A stretch of DNA of 64,000 nucleotides from an uncultured Variovorax sp. (GCA_964242015.1 CAXTCC010000001.1:4781-68780), one strand, 5' to 3'. Shown: positions 8,973 through 19,773, counted from the first letter of the stretch. Made by a program: numbers and translations. Notes: generated from the sequence alone by a model not told the origin.

Positions 8973-11006
8973 ATGCAGTTTCGAAGCATTTTGGCACCCC
9001 TACGCTTGCGCCCGCGTTCCTCTTCTTCCGTCGCGGTTTCCGTTGCAGGTTCGGCCCTGGTGCTCGCACTCGCTGCCGTGCTGCAACCGGCTTGCGCCCA
9101 GACCGGCAACGACGACGTCATGCTGCAGATGAAGCAGGCGTTCCAACGTGGCGACAAGGCTCGCCTCACCGCCTTGCTGCCGCAAGCCCGCGGCAGCGCA
9201 CTGGAACCGTGGGCCGCCTACTGGGAACTGAAGGCCCGCCTGCAAGAGGCCAGTCCGCTCGAAGTACAAGACTTTCTGACCCGCTACGCCGGCACCTACC
9301 AGGAAGACCGGCTGCGCAACGACTGGCTGCTGGTGCTCGGGCAACGGCGCGACTGGGACGGCGTCGCCGGCATGCATCCCTCCTACCGCATGGGCGACGA
9401 TGCGCAGGTGCGCTGCTACGCCATCCTGTCGAATCTGGCGCGCACCGGTGCGCCGACACAAGAGCAAGCGGACGTGGTGCGCAAGAGCTGGCTGGCCCAG
9501 CGCGATGCCGACGATGGCTGCCTCACCGCCGCCGACCGCATGATTTCTGCGCGCCTGATGTCGCCGAACGACGCGTGGAAGAAGGCACGCCTTTCCATCG
9601 AAGCCAATCGCCCTCAGGCCGCGCGCAACGCTGTCAATCTGGTAGCGCCCGATGCGGTGCCGCTGTTCGACGAGCTGAATGCCAGCGCCCCCAAGTTTTT
9701 GATCGGCCGCGCCTTCGTCGCTGCCAAATCGCGCAAGGAGCTGGTGGTGCTGGCGCTCATCAAGACGGCCATTGCCGATCCGGAATTGGCGGCGTCGCAA
9801 CTCGACAGCAAGTGGGGCCCGATGCTGGCGCCCGAAGAACGCAACTGGCTGTGGGGCGCCATCGGCCGCCAGGCAGCGTCCAAGCTGTCGCCGCTGGCGA
9901 ACAGCTACTTCGCCAACGTGACGAAGAACAGCGACCTGTCCGATGACATGCTCGGCTGGAAGGTGCGCGCCGCACTCCGCAACGCGCAATGGAAAGACGT
10001 GCAGGCTGCCGTCAATGCGATGAGCGAAGAATCGCAGCTCGATCCGACGTGGGTCTACTGGAAGGCCCGCGCCCTTGTGGCACTGGGCGGGGAGCAGAAC
10101 AAGGCGCAAGCCAGCATGCTCTACAACACCATCGCCGGCACCCGCGGCTTCTACGAACTGCTCGCGCTCGAAGAGCTGGGCCAGCGCGCTGCAGTGCCGA
10201 CCCGGCCATCGCCGCTGACGCCGGAAGAAAAGTCCGCGGCGCGTGCAAACCCTGCCTTGAACCGCGCGCTCTATGCCATCGCGATGGGTCTGCGCCCCGA
10301 AGGCACGCGTGAATGGAACTACGCGACCAACCTGCACGACAAGGGCGGCATGGACGACCGCGCCCTGCTGGCCGCCGCCGATCTGGCCTGCCAGCGCGAG
10401 GTCTGGGACCGCTGCATCAACACCAGCGAACGCACCAAGGGCGTGATCGATGTCGACCAGCGTTTTCCCACGCCTTTCCACGACACGGTGATACGCAAGA
10501 GTCAGGAGATCGGCCTCGATCCGGCCTATGTCTACGGCCTGATCCGGCAGGAGAGCCGCTTCATCATGGACGCGCGATCGGGCGTCGGCGCCTCGGGCCT
10601 GATGCAGGTGATGCCGGCCACTGCCAAGTGGACGGCCAACAAGATCGGCATGGCGGGCTTCACGCCCGGTCAGCTCAACGACCGCGAAACCAACATCACC
10701 ATCGGCACCAACTACCTGAAGCTTGCGCTCGATGACTTCAGCGGCTCGATGGCACTGGCCGCTGCCGCCTACAACGCCGGCCCCGGCCGGCCACGCAGCT
10801 GGCGCAACGGGCCGACCATGGACGCGGCCATCTGGGCCGAGAACGTGCCGTTCGCCGAAACACGTGACTACGTGAAGAAGGTGCTGGCCAACACCACCAA
10901 CTACGCTGCGCTGCTGACCGGTCAGCCGCAGTCGCTGAAGGCGCGCCTCGGCACCATCGGTCCGCGCGACGAACTGGTGCCCGAACCCGTCAAGGACCTG
11001 CCCTGA
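8973..11006 (+). CDS. slt: Soluble lytic murein transglycosylase (Slt70-like)
   Basis: Signal peptide, superhelical repeats, catalytic IRQESRF, GLMQVMP, AYNAGP, ETRDYV. Confidence 0.93.
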   Translation: MQFRSILAPLRLRPRSSSSVAVSVAGSALVLALAAVLQPACAQTGNDDVMLQMKQAFQRGDKARLTALLPQARGSALEPWAAYWELKARLQEASPLEVQDFLTRYAGTYQEDRLRNDWLLVLGQRRDWDGVAGMHPSYRMGDDAQVRCYAILSNLARTGAPTQEQADVVRKSWLAQRDADDGCLTAADRMISARLMSPNDAWKKARLSIEANRPQAARNAVNLVAPDAVPLFDELNASAPKFLIGRAFVAAKSRKELVVLALIKTAIADPELAASQLDSKWGPMLAPEERNWLWGAIGRQAASKLSPLANSYFANVTKNSDLSDDMLGWKVRAALRNAQWKDVQAAVNAMSEESQLDPTWVYWKARALVALGGEQNKAQASMLYNTIAGTRGFYELLALEELGQRAAVPTRPSPLTPEEKSAARANPALNRALYAIAMGLRPEGTREWNYATNLHDKGGMDDRALLAAADLACQREVWDRCINTSERTKGVIDVDQRFPTPFHDTVIRKSQEIGLDPAYVYGLIRQESRFIMDARSGVGASGLMQVMPATAKWTANKIGMAGFTPGQLNDRETNITIGTNYLKLALDDFSGSMALAAAAYNAGPGRPRSWRNGPTMDAAIWAENVPFAETRDYVKKVLANTTNYAALLTGQPQSLKARLGTIGPRDELVPEPVKDLP

Positions 11007-11488
11007 TGGATTGGTGGGACCAGGTCACCGAAACCGTCGCGTCTGAATTTCAGGACGTCCCCGACATCGCCCAGTTGACCCGCATCATCCTGCGCCTGGT
11101 CCTGGCCTCGGTGCTCGGATTCCTGCTGGGCTTCGAACGCGAGCACCAGGGCAAGGCGGCCGGCGTTCGCACGCACATGCTGGTGGCCATCGGCTCGGCA
11201 CTGTTCGTGCTGGTGCCGCAAGTGACGGGTATCGAAGCCGACGCCATGAGTCGCGTGATTCAGGGCCTGGTCGCCGGCGTCGGCTTTTTGTGCGCCGGCA
11301 CCATCCTGAAGTCGAACGACGAGCAACAGGTGCAGGGTCTGACCACCGCCGCGGGCCTGTGGATGACGGCCGCCATCGGCATGGCCTGCGGCCTGGGTCG
11401 CGAAGCGACGGCGGTCATCAGCGCGGTGCTGGCATTGGCCGTGCTGGCGCTGGTCCCGCGTTTGATGAAAGTGCTCGGGCCGCGTTGA
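11006..11488 (+). CDS. MgtC/SapB family membrane protein
   Basis: GFERE...KAAGVRTH, GVGFLCAG, GLTTAA.LW.TAAIG; TGATG coupling to slt. Confidence 0.92.
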   Translation: MDWWDQVTETVASEFQDVPDIAQLTRIILRLVLASVLGFLLGFEREHQGKAAGVRTHMLVAIGSALFVLVPQVTGIEADAMSRVIQGLVAGVGFLCAGTILKSNDEQQVQGLTTAAGLWMTAAIGMACGLGREATAVISAVLALAVLALVPRLMKVLGPR

Positions 11489-11609
11489 CCCGTCGCGCCG
11501 GGCATCGCCCGCCGACGCGGTCATCAATTCATGCTGCTTTCTGCATCAATGGTGCGGCGCGTCAAAGCTAGCATCAAACGCTTTTTCAGTTAATCCAATG
11601 AGGGATGTC

Positions 11610-12293
11610 ATGCGCAAGCTCTATGTCGGCAACAAGAACTATTCGTCCTGGTCGATGCGACCCTGGGTGCTGATGAAGCAGGCCGGCATTCCGTTCGACG
11701 AGGTCATGGTGCGCTTCGACTCGTTCGATCCCGGCTCGCATTTCAAGAACGCCATCGGTGCCCTCAACCCGGCGGCGCGCGTTCCGGTGCTGGTCGACGG
11801 CGAACTGGTGGTGTGGGACACGCTGGCCATCGCCGAATACCTGGCCGAAACCTTTCCTGAAAAGGCGCTGTGGCCGCGGCTCGCGAACGACCGCGCACGG
11901 GCTCGCAGCATCTGCGCCGAGATGCATTCGGGCTTCGGCGGACTGCGCAACCATTGCGGCATGAACATCGAGGCCTCACTGCACGAGGTCGGCGCGCGGC
12001 TCATGCGCGAAGAGCCCACCGTCAAGAGCGACCTCGATCGCATCGTGCAGATGTGGACCGGCCTGCTCGAACGCCATGGCGGCCCGATGCTGTTCGGCCA
12101 CTTCACCATCGCCGACGCCTACTTCGCACCCATCGGCACGCGCATCAAGACCTACGGCCTGCCGGTGCCGGAATCGGTGACCACGTACATCGAGCATGTG
12201 CAGGCGTTGCCGGGCGTCAAGGCGTGGATCGACGACGCGCTGGTCGAAGAAGACTTTCTCGCGTTCGAAGAGCCGTACCGCACAGCGCGTTGA
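11610..12293 (+). CDS. Glutathione S-transferase family protein
   Basis: NKNYSSWSMRPW, VPVL, WDTLAIAEYL, AEMHSGF, ADAYFAP; GAGG RBS before ATG 11610 (alternative start 11598). Confidence 0.93.
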   Translation: MRKLYVGNKNYSSWSMRPWVLMKQAGIPFDEVMVRFDSFDPGSHFKNAIGALNPAARVPVLVDGELVVWDTLAIAEYLAETFPEKALWPRLANDRARARSICAEMHSGFGGLRNHCGMNIEASLHEVGARLMREEPTVKSDLDRIVQMWTGLLERHGGPMLFGHFTIADAYFAPIGTRIKTYGLPVPESVTTYIEHVQALPGVKAWIDDALVEEDFLAFEEPYRTAR

Positions 12294-12354
12294 CGTGCCG
12301 ACGGCGTGGCGATCGTGCCGGCTTACGAGGCCCGTGCCTGCCTACACTCACCGG

Positions 12355-13632
12355 ATGCAAACCTACCTCGTCGGCGGTGCGATCCGCGATGCCCTGCTGG
12401 GGCGGCCCAGCGGCGACCGCGACTGGCTTGTCGTCGGCAGCACGCCGGAAGAGATGGCGAAGCTGCGCTACATCCCGGTCGGCCGCGATTTCCCGGTGTT
12501 TCTGCACCCTGACACGCACGAGGAATACGCACTGGCCCGCACCGAGCGCAAGAGCGCGCCGGGCTATCGCGGCTTCGTCATTCATGCATCGCCGGACGTC
12601 ACCCTCGAACAGGATCTGGCACGGCGCGACCTGACGATCAACGCCATCGCGCTGGCCGCCGAGCACGCCGACGCCGCCCACCTGGCTGACATCACCGCCC
12701 TTGGCACCGCCGCACTGGTCGACCCTTTCCACGGCCAGCACGACCTGCAGGACAAGGTATTGCGGCACGTGACCGACGCGTTCCGCGAAGACCCGGTGCG
12801 CATCCTCCGCGTCGCCCGCTTCGCCGCCCGCTTTTCGGACTTCACGATCGCGCCGGAAACGATGGCATTGATGCGCGAGATGGTCGCTGCCGGCGAGGTC
12901 GATGCGCTGGTGCCCGAACGCGTCTGGCAAGAGCTGGCGCGCGGGCTGATGGAGCGCACGCCCTCGCGCATGTTCGAGGTGCTGCGCGACTGCGGCGCCC
13001 TCGCCGTGCTGCTGCCTGAAGTGGATCGGCTGTGGGGCGTACCGCAACCGCCGGCGCATCACCCGGAAGTCGACACCGGCGTGCACTTGATGATGGTGCT
13101 CGACATGAGCGCCAGGCTCGAAGCGCCGCTCGCTGTGCGCTTCGCCTGCCTGACGCACGACCTCGGCAAAGGCACGACGGCGGCCGACGCGCTGCCGCGC
13201 CACATCGGTCACGAACAGCGCAGCGCCAAGCTGCTGCGCGCCGTGTGCGACCGCTGGCGGGTGCCGGTCGAACTGCGGGAGCTGGCCGACGTGGTGGCGC
13301 GCGAGCACGGCAACATCCACCGCAGCGGCGAGCTGAACGCGGCGTCGGTCGTGCGGTTGCTGGAGCGTTGCGACGCCTTTCGCAAACCGGCTCGCTTCGA
13401 CCAGGTGCTGCTGGCCTGCGAATGCGACGCCCGCGGGCGACTCGGCCGCGAAGACGAGCCGTACGCGCCGCGCGACCGCCTGAACCACGCGCTTGCCGTG
13501 GCGCTGGCGGTAGCGACGGATGTCGTCGCCCGCGATGCACAGGCAGCAGGCGCCACCGGTCCGAAGATCGGCGAGGCGATCGCGCGCGCGCGCGTCGCCG
13601 CCGTCGGCGATGCGCTCGGCCAGGCTGACTGA
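12355..13632 (+). CDS. cca: Multifunctional CCA tRNA nucleotidyltransferase with HD phosphatase domain
   Basis: YLVGGAIRD.LL...DRD, EYALARTERK, DL.RRDLTINA, EDPVRILR.ARF, HHPEVD, HDLGK. Confidence 0.97.
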   Translation: MQTYLVGGAIRDALLGRPSGDRDWLVVGSTPEEMAKLRYIPVGRDFPVFLHPDTHEEYALARTERKSAPGYRGFVIHASPDVTLEQDLARRDLTINAIALAAEHADAAHLADITALGTAALVDPFHGQHDLQDKVLRHVTDAFREDPVRILRVARFAARFSDFTIAPETMALMREMVAAGEVDALVPERVWQELARGLMERTPSRMFEVLRDCGALAVLLPEVDRLWGVPQPPAHHPEVDTGVHLMMVLDMSARLEAPLAVRFACLTHDLGKGTTAADALPRHIGHEQRSAKLLRAVCDRWRVPVELRELADVVAREHGNIHRSGELNAASVVRLLERCDAFRKPARFDQVLLACECDARGRLGREDEPYAPRDRLNHALAVALAVATDVVARDAQAAGATGPKIGEAIARARVAAVGDALGQAD

Positions 13633-13682
13633 ACCCTGCCGCTCAGGCGCATGGCGAACCGCCGTGCAGCGCGACGGCCGGG

Positions 13683-13743
13683 TCTGTAGCCGAAATTTGC
13701 AGCTGGCTCTGCGGCCGGTTCTGCGGCCGGTTTTGCGGCTTTG
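13683..13743. repeat. Degenerate 12-bp tandem repeat (TCTGCGGCCGGT), about 4-5 copies
   Basis: Two exact copies at 13708-13731 with diverged copies on both sides; intergenic between cca and otsB. Confidence 0.6.
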
Positions 13744-13785
13744 ACCGACGCGCCCACCGTGCGGCTGCTGCTAAGGTAGCGGGTG

Positions 13786-14535
13786 ATGCAGTTACCCCCC
13801 CGCCTTACCCCCGACGCTGCCCTCTTCCTGGATTTCGACGGCACGCTCGTGGCCATTGCCGAGACGCCTGAAGCGGTCGAAGTGCCGCCTGCGCTGGTGC
13901 CGTTGCTGCACGATCTGCACGGCTTGCTCGGCGGTGCGCTGGCGGTGGTGTCGGGTCGACAGATCGACGCGATCGATCGTTTTCTCGCACCGTTGCGGTT
14001 GCCCGCGGCCGGCGAACACGGCGTACAGCGCCGCAGCGCCGAAGGTCATATCGACGAGCAGCGCGCGCCCGATCTCACCGTGATTCTCGAAGTCGCCAAC
14101 GAACTGGCGCGCGTGCACGAAGGGTTGCTGGTCGAACGCAAGCATGCGGCGGTCGCCCTGCACTACCGCATGGCACCGCAGCTCGAAGCCGTGTGTCGCG
14201 ATGCGATGGTGCGTGCCATCGACGGCCAGGCACAGTTCGAACTGCTGCACGGCAAGTTCGTCTTCGAAGTGAAGCCGGCCGGTGTCAACAAGGGCACTGC
14301 CGTCACTGCCTTCATGCAAGAGGCGCCCTTCCAGGGCCGCGTGCCGGTCTTCGCCGGCGACGACACCACCGACGAGACAGGCTTCGCCATCGTGCAGCCG
14401 ATGGGTGGCATCGCGATCAAGGTGGGCTCCGGGCCGAGCCAGGCGCTGCATCGGCTCGACTCGCCGCGGGCGGTCTACGAGTGGCTGGTGCAGGCGCGCG
14501 ATCTGCTGGCCGAGCCACGAAAGAACGCCAGCTGA
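13786..14535 (+). CDS. otsB: Trehalose-6-phosphate phosphatase
   Basis: HAD motifs FLDFDGTL, VSGR, GEHG, NKG, GDDTTDE. Confidence 0.95.
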   Translation: MQLPPRLTPDAALFLDFDGTLVAIAETPEAVEVPPALVPLLHDLHGLLGGALAVVSGRQIDAIDRFLAPLRLPAAGEHGVQRRSAEGHIDEQRAPDLTVILEVANELARVHEGLLVERKHAAVALHYRMAPQLEAVCRDAMVRAIDGQAQFELLHGKFVFEVKPAGVNKGTAVTAFMQEAPFQGRVPVFAGDDTTDETGFAIVQPMGGIAIKVGSGPSQALHRLDSPRAVYEWLVQARDLLAEPRKNAS

Positions 14536-15920
14536 TGGGTCGCCTCGTCGTCATCTCGAATCGCGTGGCCGACCCACGCAAGCCCGCGGCCGGTGGCCTG
14601 GCCGTGGCACTCGGCGAATCGTTGCAACAGACCGGTGGACTGTGGTTCGGCTGGAGCGGTCACATCGTCGAGGGCGGCACCGCCGGTGAGGGCGAGCTGC
14701 ACAAGCAGCAAGCCGGCCCGGTCACGCTCGCGATGATCGATCTCAGCCGGGAAGACCACGACAGCTACTACTTGGGTTACAGCAACGACGTGCTGTGGCC
14801 GGTGTTCCATTACCGGCTCGACCTGGCGCACTTCGACGCCGGCTTCATCGGCGGCTACCGGCGCGTCAACCAGCTGTTCGCCCGCAAGGTGATGCCGATG
14901 CTGAAGCCGGACGACATCATCTGGATTCACGACTACCACCTGATTCCTTTGGCCGCCGAACTGCGCGCCATGGGCTGCAAGCAGCGCATCGGCTTCTTCC
15001 TGCACATTCCGCTGCCGCCGCAGGAAATCATGGCGGCGATTCCGCAGCACGAGTGGCTCATGCGGTCGCTCTTCGCGTTCGATCTGATCGGGCTGCAGAG
15101 CAACCAGGACGTGCAGCATTTCGAGCGCTACGTCATCGGCGAGGCGCACGGCGAAGCGCTGGGCGACGACATGTACACCGCCTACGGGCAGACCGTGCGC
15201 TGCAGCGCCTTTCCGATCGGCATCGACGTCGACGAATTCGCGGCGCTGACGCACGCGAAAGAAGGCCGCGAGATGTACGAGACGATGAAGCGCGAGTATT
15301 CGAGCCGGCGCTTGCTGCTCGGCATCGACCGGCTCGACTATTCCAAAGGCATCCCGCAACGGGTGCGCAGCTTTCGGGAGTTGCTCGCCAACTATCCGGA
15401 AAACCGACGCAGCGCGACGCTGATCCAGATCGCGTCGCCCACGCGCGAGAGCGTCGACGCCTATGCCGACATCCGGCGCGAGCTCGAATCCCTGTGCGGC
15501 GCCATCAACGGCGACTACGGCGAGCTCGACTGGATGCCGGTGCGCTACATCCATCGCATGGTCGCGCGCAAACGCGTGCCCGGCCTGTGCCGTGCCGCTG
15601 CGGTCGGGTTGGTCACGCCCTTGCGCGACGGCATGAACCTGGTCGCCAAGGAGTACGTGGCGGCGCAAGACCCGGCCGACCCCGGCGTGCTGGTGCTGTC
15701 GCGCTTTGCCGGTGCCGCCGAGCAGCTGAAAGAAGCGTTGCTGGTCAATCCGTACGACACGCACGGCACGGCAGAGACGGTGCAGCAGGCGCTGCACATG
15801 CCGCTGGAAGAGCGCCGGCAGCGGCACCAGAAACTGCTCGCGCGCGTGCGCGAACAGGACATTCACTGGTGGCGCCGCGCCTTTCTGGCGGCGCTGAACG
15901 AAGCGACCGGCAAGGGCTGA
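14535..15920 (+). CDS. otsA: Trehalose-6-phosphate synthase
   Basis: [40 protein letters not shown]; TGATG coupling to otsB. Confidence 0.97.
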   Translation: MGRLVVISNRVADPRKPAAGGLAVALGESLQQTGGLWFGWSGHIVEGGTAGEGELHKQQAGPVTLAMIDLSREDHDSYYLGYSNDVLWPVFHYRLDLAHFDAGFIGGYRRVNQLFARKVMPMLKPDDIIWIHDYHLIPLAAELRAMGCKQRIGFFLHIPLPPQEIMAAIPQHEWLMRSLFAFDLIGLQSNQDVQHFERYVIGEAHGEALGDDMYTAYGQTVRCSAFPIGIDVDEFAALTHAKEGREMYETMKREYSSRRLLLGIDRLDYSKGIPQRVRSFRELLANYPENRRSATLIQIASPTRESVDAYADIRRELESLCGAINGDYGELDWMPVRYIHRMVARKRVPGLCRAAAVGLVTPLRDGMNLVAKEYVAAQDPADPGVLVLSRFAGAAEQLKEALLVNPYDTHGTAETVQQALHMPLEERRQRHQKLLARVREQDIHWWRRAFLAALNEATGKG

Positions 15921-15935
15921 AGCCGACGACCGAAG

Positions 15936-16832
15936 TCAGCCCAGCCAGGGCACGATGACGTCGGCCAGCCAGTCCATGAAGGCCTGCGACCGCTTCGACA
16001 GGTTGCGCCGGTTGGCGTAGACCAGCGACACCGGCATCGGTTCGCCCGGGAAATCTCTCAACACCTCGACCAGCCGGCCGTCCGCCAGCGCAGCGCGCGT
16101 CCCCGGCCGCGGCGCCTGAATGAGTCCGAGACCGGCGCGACACGCCGCTTCATAGGCGTCCGTGCTGGTCACGGTGATGGCAGCCTGCATCGGGCGCAAC
16201 CGCCAGCGCTCACCGTCGTGGTACTCCCAACCGGGCGAGGCCGCGCCCAGGGTCTGCGCGTAATGCACCAGCCGGTGGTGGTCGAGGTCGTCGAGCGTTG
16301 TCGGCGTGCCGAAGCGCGCGAGGTAGGCCGGGCTGGCGACGTTTGCCAGCGCCATCTCGCCCAGCCGCCGCGCGACCAGCGCCGAATCCTGCAGCTGCCC
16401 GATGCGCAGCACGCAATCGAAGCCCTCGTGCACCACGTCGACCCGCCGGTCGGAGGTGCTGAGTTCGATCTCGACCAGCGGATGCGCCGCCAGGAATTCC
16501 GGCAAGCGCGGAATCACCGCCTGCCGCGCGATGGCATTGGGCAGGTCGATGCGCAGCCGACCTCGCAGCGTGCTCGGCGCCTGCTGGAACATCGCCTGCA
16601 ACTCGTCGGCGTCCGACAGCAAATGCAGGGCGCGCTCCAAGAACTGTTCGCCGTCGGGCGTCATGCGCACCGTGCGCGTGGTCCGATGCAGGAGTCGGGT
16701 GCCGAGCTGTGCTTCCAGCTGCTGAACCGCGGTCGACACGCGGGCCTTCGGCAAATTGAGTTGCTCGGCGGCACGAACGAAGCTGGCGAGCGATGCGACC
16801 TTGGCGTAGATGCGGAGCAGTTCGAGATCCAT
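15936..16832 (-). CDS. LysR family regulator (CrgA-like)
   Basis: SF.RAAEQL......VS..V..LE..LGTRLL.RTTR; EGFDCVLRIG. Confidence 0.95.
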   Translation of the reverse strand: MDLELLRIYAKVASLASFVRAAEQLNLPKARVSTAVQQLEAQLGTRLLHRTTRTVRMTPDGEQFLERALHLLSDADELQAMFQQAPSTLRGRLRIDLPNAIARQAVIPRLPEFLAAHPLVEIELSTSDRRVDVVHEGFDCVLRIGQLQDSALVARRLGEMALANVASPAYLARFGTPTTLDDLDHHRLVHYAQTLGAASPGWEYHDGERWRLRPMQAAITVTSTDAYEAACRAGLGLIQAPRPGTRAALADGRLVEVLRDFPGEPMPVSLVYANRRNLSKRSQAFMDWLADVIVPWLG

Positions 16833-16943
16833 GCCGCATTATTCCGTCCCACTGAACACTGAAGTTGGTTTTGTCCAGTTTATCGATCGATTGTTCTTAT
16901 CTAAAGTCCAGTCATCGCATCAACACCTCATCAAGGAATTGCC

Positions 16944-17744
16944 ATGAATGCCGCCACCATTCCATCCGTTTCGCCCACGCACAAGCCCGTCACGCCCATC
17001 GCCCTCGTCACCGGTGCCAGTCGCGGCTTGGGCAAATCGACCGCGCTGCACCTCGCGCAGCGCGGTGTCGACGTGATCCTCACCTACCGCGGCAAGGCCG
17101 AAGAAGCCAAGCAAGTCGTCGCCGAAATCGAAGCACTGGGACGCCGTGCCGTCGCGCTGCGACTCGACGTCGCCGAGAGCCACGGCTTCGACGCTTTCGC
17201 AACACAGGTGAAGCAGTCGCTTGCCGAGGTCTGGCAGCGCGAGCGCTTCGACTACCTGGTCAACAACGCCGGCATCGGACTCGATGCCAGCTTTGCCGAA
17301 ACCACCGAAGAACAGTTCGATTCGATGATGAACATCCACTTGAAGGGACCGTTCTTCCTGACGCAGAAGTTGTTGCCGCTGATCGCGGACGGCGGCCGCA
17401 TCGTCAACATCTCATCCGGCCTGGCGCGCTTCGCGCTGCCCGGCAAGGCGGCCTACGCCACCATGAAGGGCGGCATCGAAGTGCTGACGCGCTACCTTGC
17501 GAAAGAGCTGGGCGCCCGCGGCATCGCCGTCAACACCATCGCGCCCGGTGCCATCGCCACCGACTTCGGCGGCGGCGTGGTGCGCGACAACCCGCAGATG
17601 AATGCAGGCATCGCATCGCAAACGGCACTCGGCCGCGTCGGCCTGCCCGATGACATCGGCGGCGCGATCTCGATGCTGCTGCAGTCGGACAACCGCTGGG
17701 TCAATGCCCAGCGCATCGAGGTGTCGGGCGGCATGTTCATCTGA
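16944..17744 (+). CDS. SDR family oxidoreductase
   Basis: TGASRGLG, NNAG, YATMK (YxxxK), PGAIATD. Confidence 0.95.
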   Translation: MNAATIPSVSPTHKPVTPIALVTGASRGLGKSTALHLAQRGVDVILTYRGKAEEAKQVVAEIEALGRRAVALRLDVAESHGFDAFATQVKQSLAEVWQRERFDYLVNNAGIGLDASFAETTEEQFDSMMNIHLKGPFFLTQKLLPLIADGGRIVNISSGLARFALPGKAAYATMKGGIEVLTRYLAKELGARGIAVNTIAPGAIATDFGGGVVRDNPQMNAGIASQTALGRVGLPDDIGGAISMLLQSDNRWVNAQRIEVSGGMFI

Positions 17745-17778
17745 CGCGCCGACAAACTCGGAGCATCGGCGTGCCGGG

Positions 17779-18705
17779 TCAATCCAGCAGCGCCAGCGCG
17801 CCGTAGTCCCCGACCTTGTCGCCCAGCCCCGCCGGCACGAGTTCGACCCCACGCGTCAGTGGCACCAGCTTGCCGGCAATCTCTGCCTGCAGGCGCGGCA
17901 GCAGGAAGTCGCGGTGATTCCAGAACACGCTGCCGCCCAGGCTGATGCGCTCCAGATCGAGTGTCGCGATCAGGTTGTAGAGCATGCGGCCCATCACGCG
18001 GCACTGCGCATCGACGATGTGCAGGGCATGCGTTTCGCCGGCGGCGGCAGCGGCGAACAGGTCGGCCGGCGATTGTTGAAAGCGCCGCGCCATCGAGTTG
18101 CCGCCGATCAACCCCTCGACATCGCCGACATTGCCGCAGCCGCACAGTGCACCGCTGGTGTCGTCGACCACGAAGCTGTGGCCGGCATGGCCCGCATTGC
18201 CGTTCTTGCCGCGCAGCGCCCGGCCGCCGACGCACAAGCCGACGCCGATGCCGGTGCTCCACGTGACATAGGCGCAGTCATCGACGCCCTTGAGCGCGCC
18301 CCACTGGCGTTCGGCCTCCAGGGCCGACACGGCATCGTTTTCGACGCGCACATAGGCAAAGCGCTGGGCCAGCGGCGCCTCCAGCACTGCCGTCATCCAC
18401 TCGTTGGGCAGGCCACCCGACGGTCCGGCGATGCCGCCGCAGATGTTGGGCGAGGCCACTTCGACCTTGCCATCGCGCAACTCGAAAGGGCCTGTCGTCG
18501 ACACGCCGACGCGATCGACCGATGCCGGGTCGACGCCCTGCTCGGCGCAGACTGCGTCGATCAGCCGCATGACCTGCAGTGCGAGTGCGTCGTTGTTGCC
18601 GGTTCGGGCGGTCGGTTCGCTGCGGCGGCCGAGCAACGGCACGTCCGCGGAAGGGGAAAGACTGACGGCCACCTTGGTGCCGCCGATGTCGACGCAAGCT
18701 CTCAT
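17779..18705 (-). CDS. ROK family sugar kinase (atypical motifs)
   Basis: VDIGGTK, ENDA, STGIG.G, GNAGHAGH, CGCGNVGDVE; no N-terminal HTH. Confidence 0.9.
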   Translation of the reverse strand: MRACVDIGGTKVAVSLSPSADVPLLGRRSEPTARTGNNDALALQVMRLIDAVCAEQGVDPASVDRVGVSTTGPFELRDGKVEVASPNICGGIAGPSGGLPNEWMTAVLEAPLAQRFAYVRVENDAVSALEAERQWGALKGVDDCAYVTWSTGIGVGLCVGGRALRGKNGNAGHAGHSFVVDDTSGALCGCGNVGDVEGLIGGNSMARRFQQSPADLFAAAAAGETHALHIVDAQCRVMGRMLYNLIATLDLERISLGGSVFWNHRDFLLPRLQAEIAGKLVPLTRGVELVPAGLGDKVGDYGALALLD

Positions 18706-18754
18706 CGGTTCTTGATCCTTGTTTGTCTCTATGACCTCGCTCGGGCGCTTGGGT

Positions 18755-18949
18755 TCAAACCCAGCGCGCGATCAGCGCGGCGATCATGCTCAACAGCACC
18801 GTGCTGGCGATCGGCAACTGCCACTCGCGGCCGAAGGCACGGAACTCGAAATCGCCCGGCAGGCGGCCGAAGCCGAACTTGCGCAGCCACTGCGTGAGCC
18901 CGCTCATCAGCACCAGCGCCAGCACGACGACGATCAGCCACCGGATCAT
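18755..18949 (-). CDS. DUF2905 small membrane protein
   Basis: MIRWLIV...GRLPGDF....PIAS.VLLS; ATGA overlap with the upstream gene. Confidence 0.85.
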   Translation of the reverse strand: MIRWLIVVVLALVLMSGLTQWLRKFGFGRLPGDFEFRAFGREWQLPIASTVLLSMIAALIARWV

Positions 18950-19773
18950 GCGAGGTTGCCGGCGGACGTGCGGGCGTTCAGGATGCCGAGCGCGGCGCGG
19001 TGCAGTTCTGGCGTGGCGGCCGCGATGACGCGGCCGTCCGACGCGAGACCGAGCGGCTGGCCGAGCCAGTCGGTAACCACACCGCCGGCGGCTTCGATCA
19101 GGCCGGTCGGGCCGAGATAGTCGTAGGGCTGCAAGCCGGTTTCCACGACCAGGTCGATGGTGCCGCCGGCCAGCTGCGCGTAGCCGTAGCAGTCGCCGCC
19201 GAAGCGACGCATGGCGCACTGCCGGCTCAAGCGGTCGAACGCCTGCCAGTCGGCGGCGCTGAAGATGTCGGGTGATGTCGTCACGATGCGCGCCTGATCG
19301 ATCGCGGTGCAGGCACTGACCTTGACCGTTTCGCCGTTGCGCTGCGCACCACGCCCGGCCTGGCCGATCCAGCGCTCGCCCAGCACCGGCATGTCGACCA
19401 TGCCGAAGACGACGCGGCCGCCTTGCAGCAAACCGATGAGCGTGCCCCAGAGCGGTGAACCGGTGATGAAGCTGCGCGTGCCGTCGATCGGGTCGAGCAC
19501 CCAGATGCGGTCGGCGTCGAGTTGTTCGGCGCCGTGCTCTTCGCCATAGATGCCATCTGCCGGGCAGCGCGCACCGAGGATCTCGCGCATAGCGGTCTCT
19601 GCAGCGCGGTCGGCCAGCGTCACAGGGCTGTCGTCGGCCTTGGTGATGATGTCGAGCGAGGTGCGAAACCAGCGCATCGAATGCGCCGCGGCGGCATCGG
19701 CCAGCGCGTTGGCGACCTCGATCGGGTCGAGTGCATCGTGCGGATCGTTCGGATCGTTCGGGAGGAGGCTCAA
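18946..19773 (-). CDS. Inositol monophosphatase family protein, HisN-like histidinol-phosphatase
   Basis: K.D.SPVT.AD, GEE, WVLDPIDGT.SF, GGDCY.Y, YD....LIE.AGG. Confidence 0.88.
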   Translation of the reverse strand: MSLLPNDPNDPHDALDPIEVANALADAAAAHSMRWFRTSLDIITKADDSPVTLADRAAETAMREILGARCPADGIYGEEHGAEQLDADRIWVLDPIDGTRSFITGSPLWGTLIGLLQGGRVVFGMVDMPVLGERWIGQAGRGAQRNGETVKVSACTAIDQARIVTTSPDIFSAADWQAFDRLSRQCAMRRFGGDCYGYAQLAGGTIDLVVETGLQPYDYLGPTGLIEAAGGVVTDWLGQPLGLASDGRVIAAATPELHRAALGILNARTSAGNLA

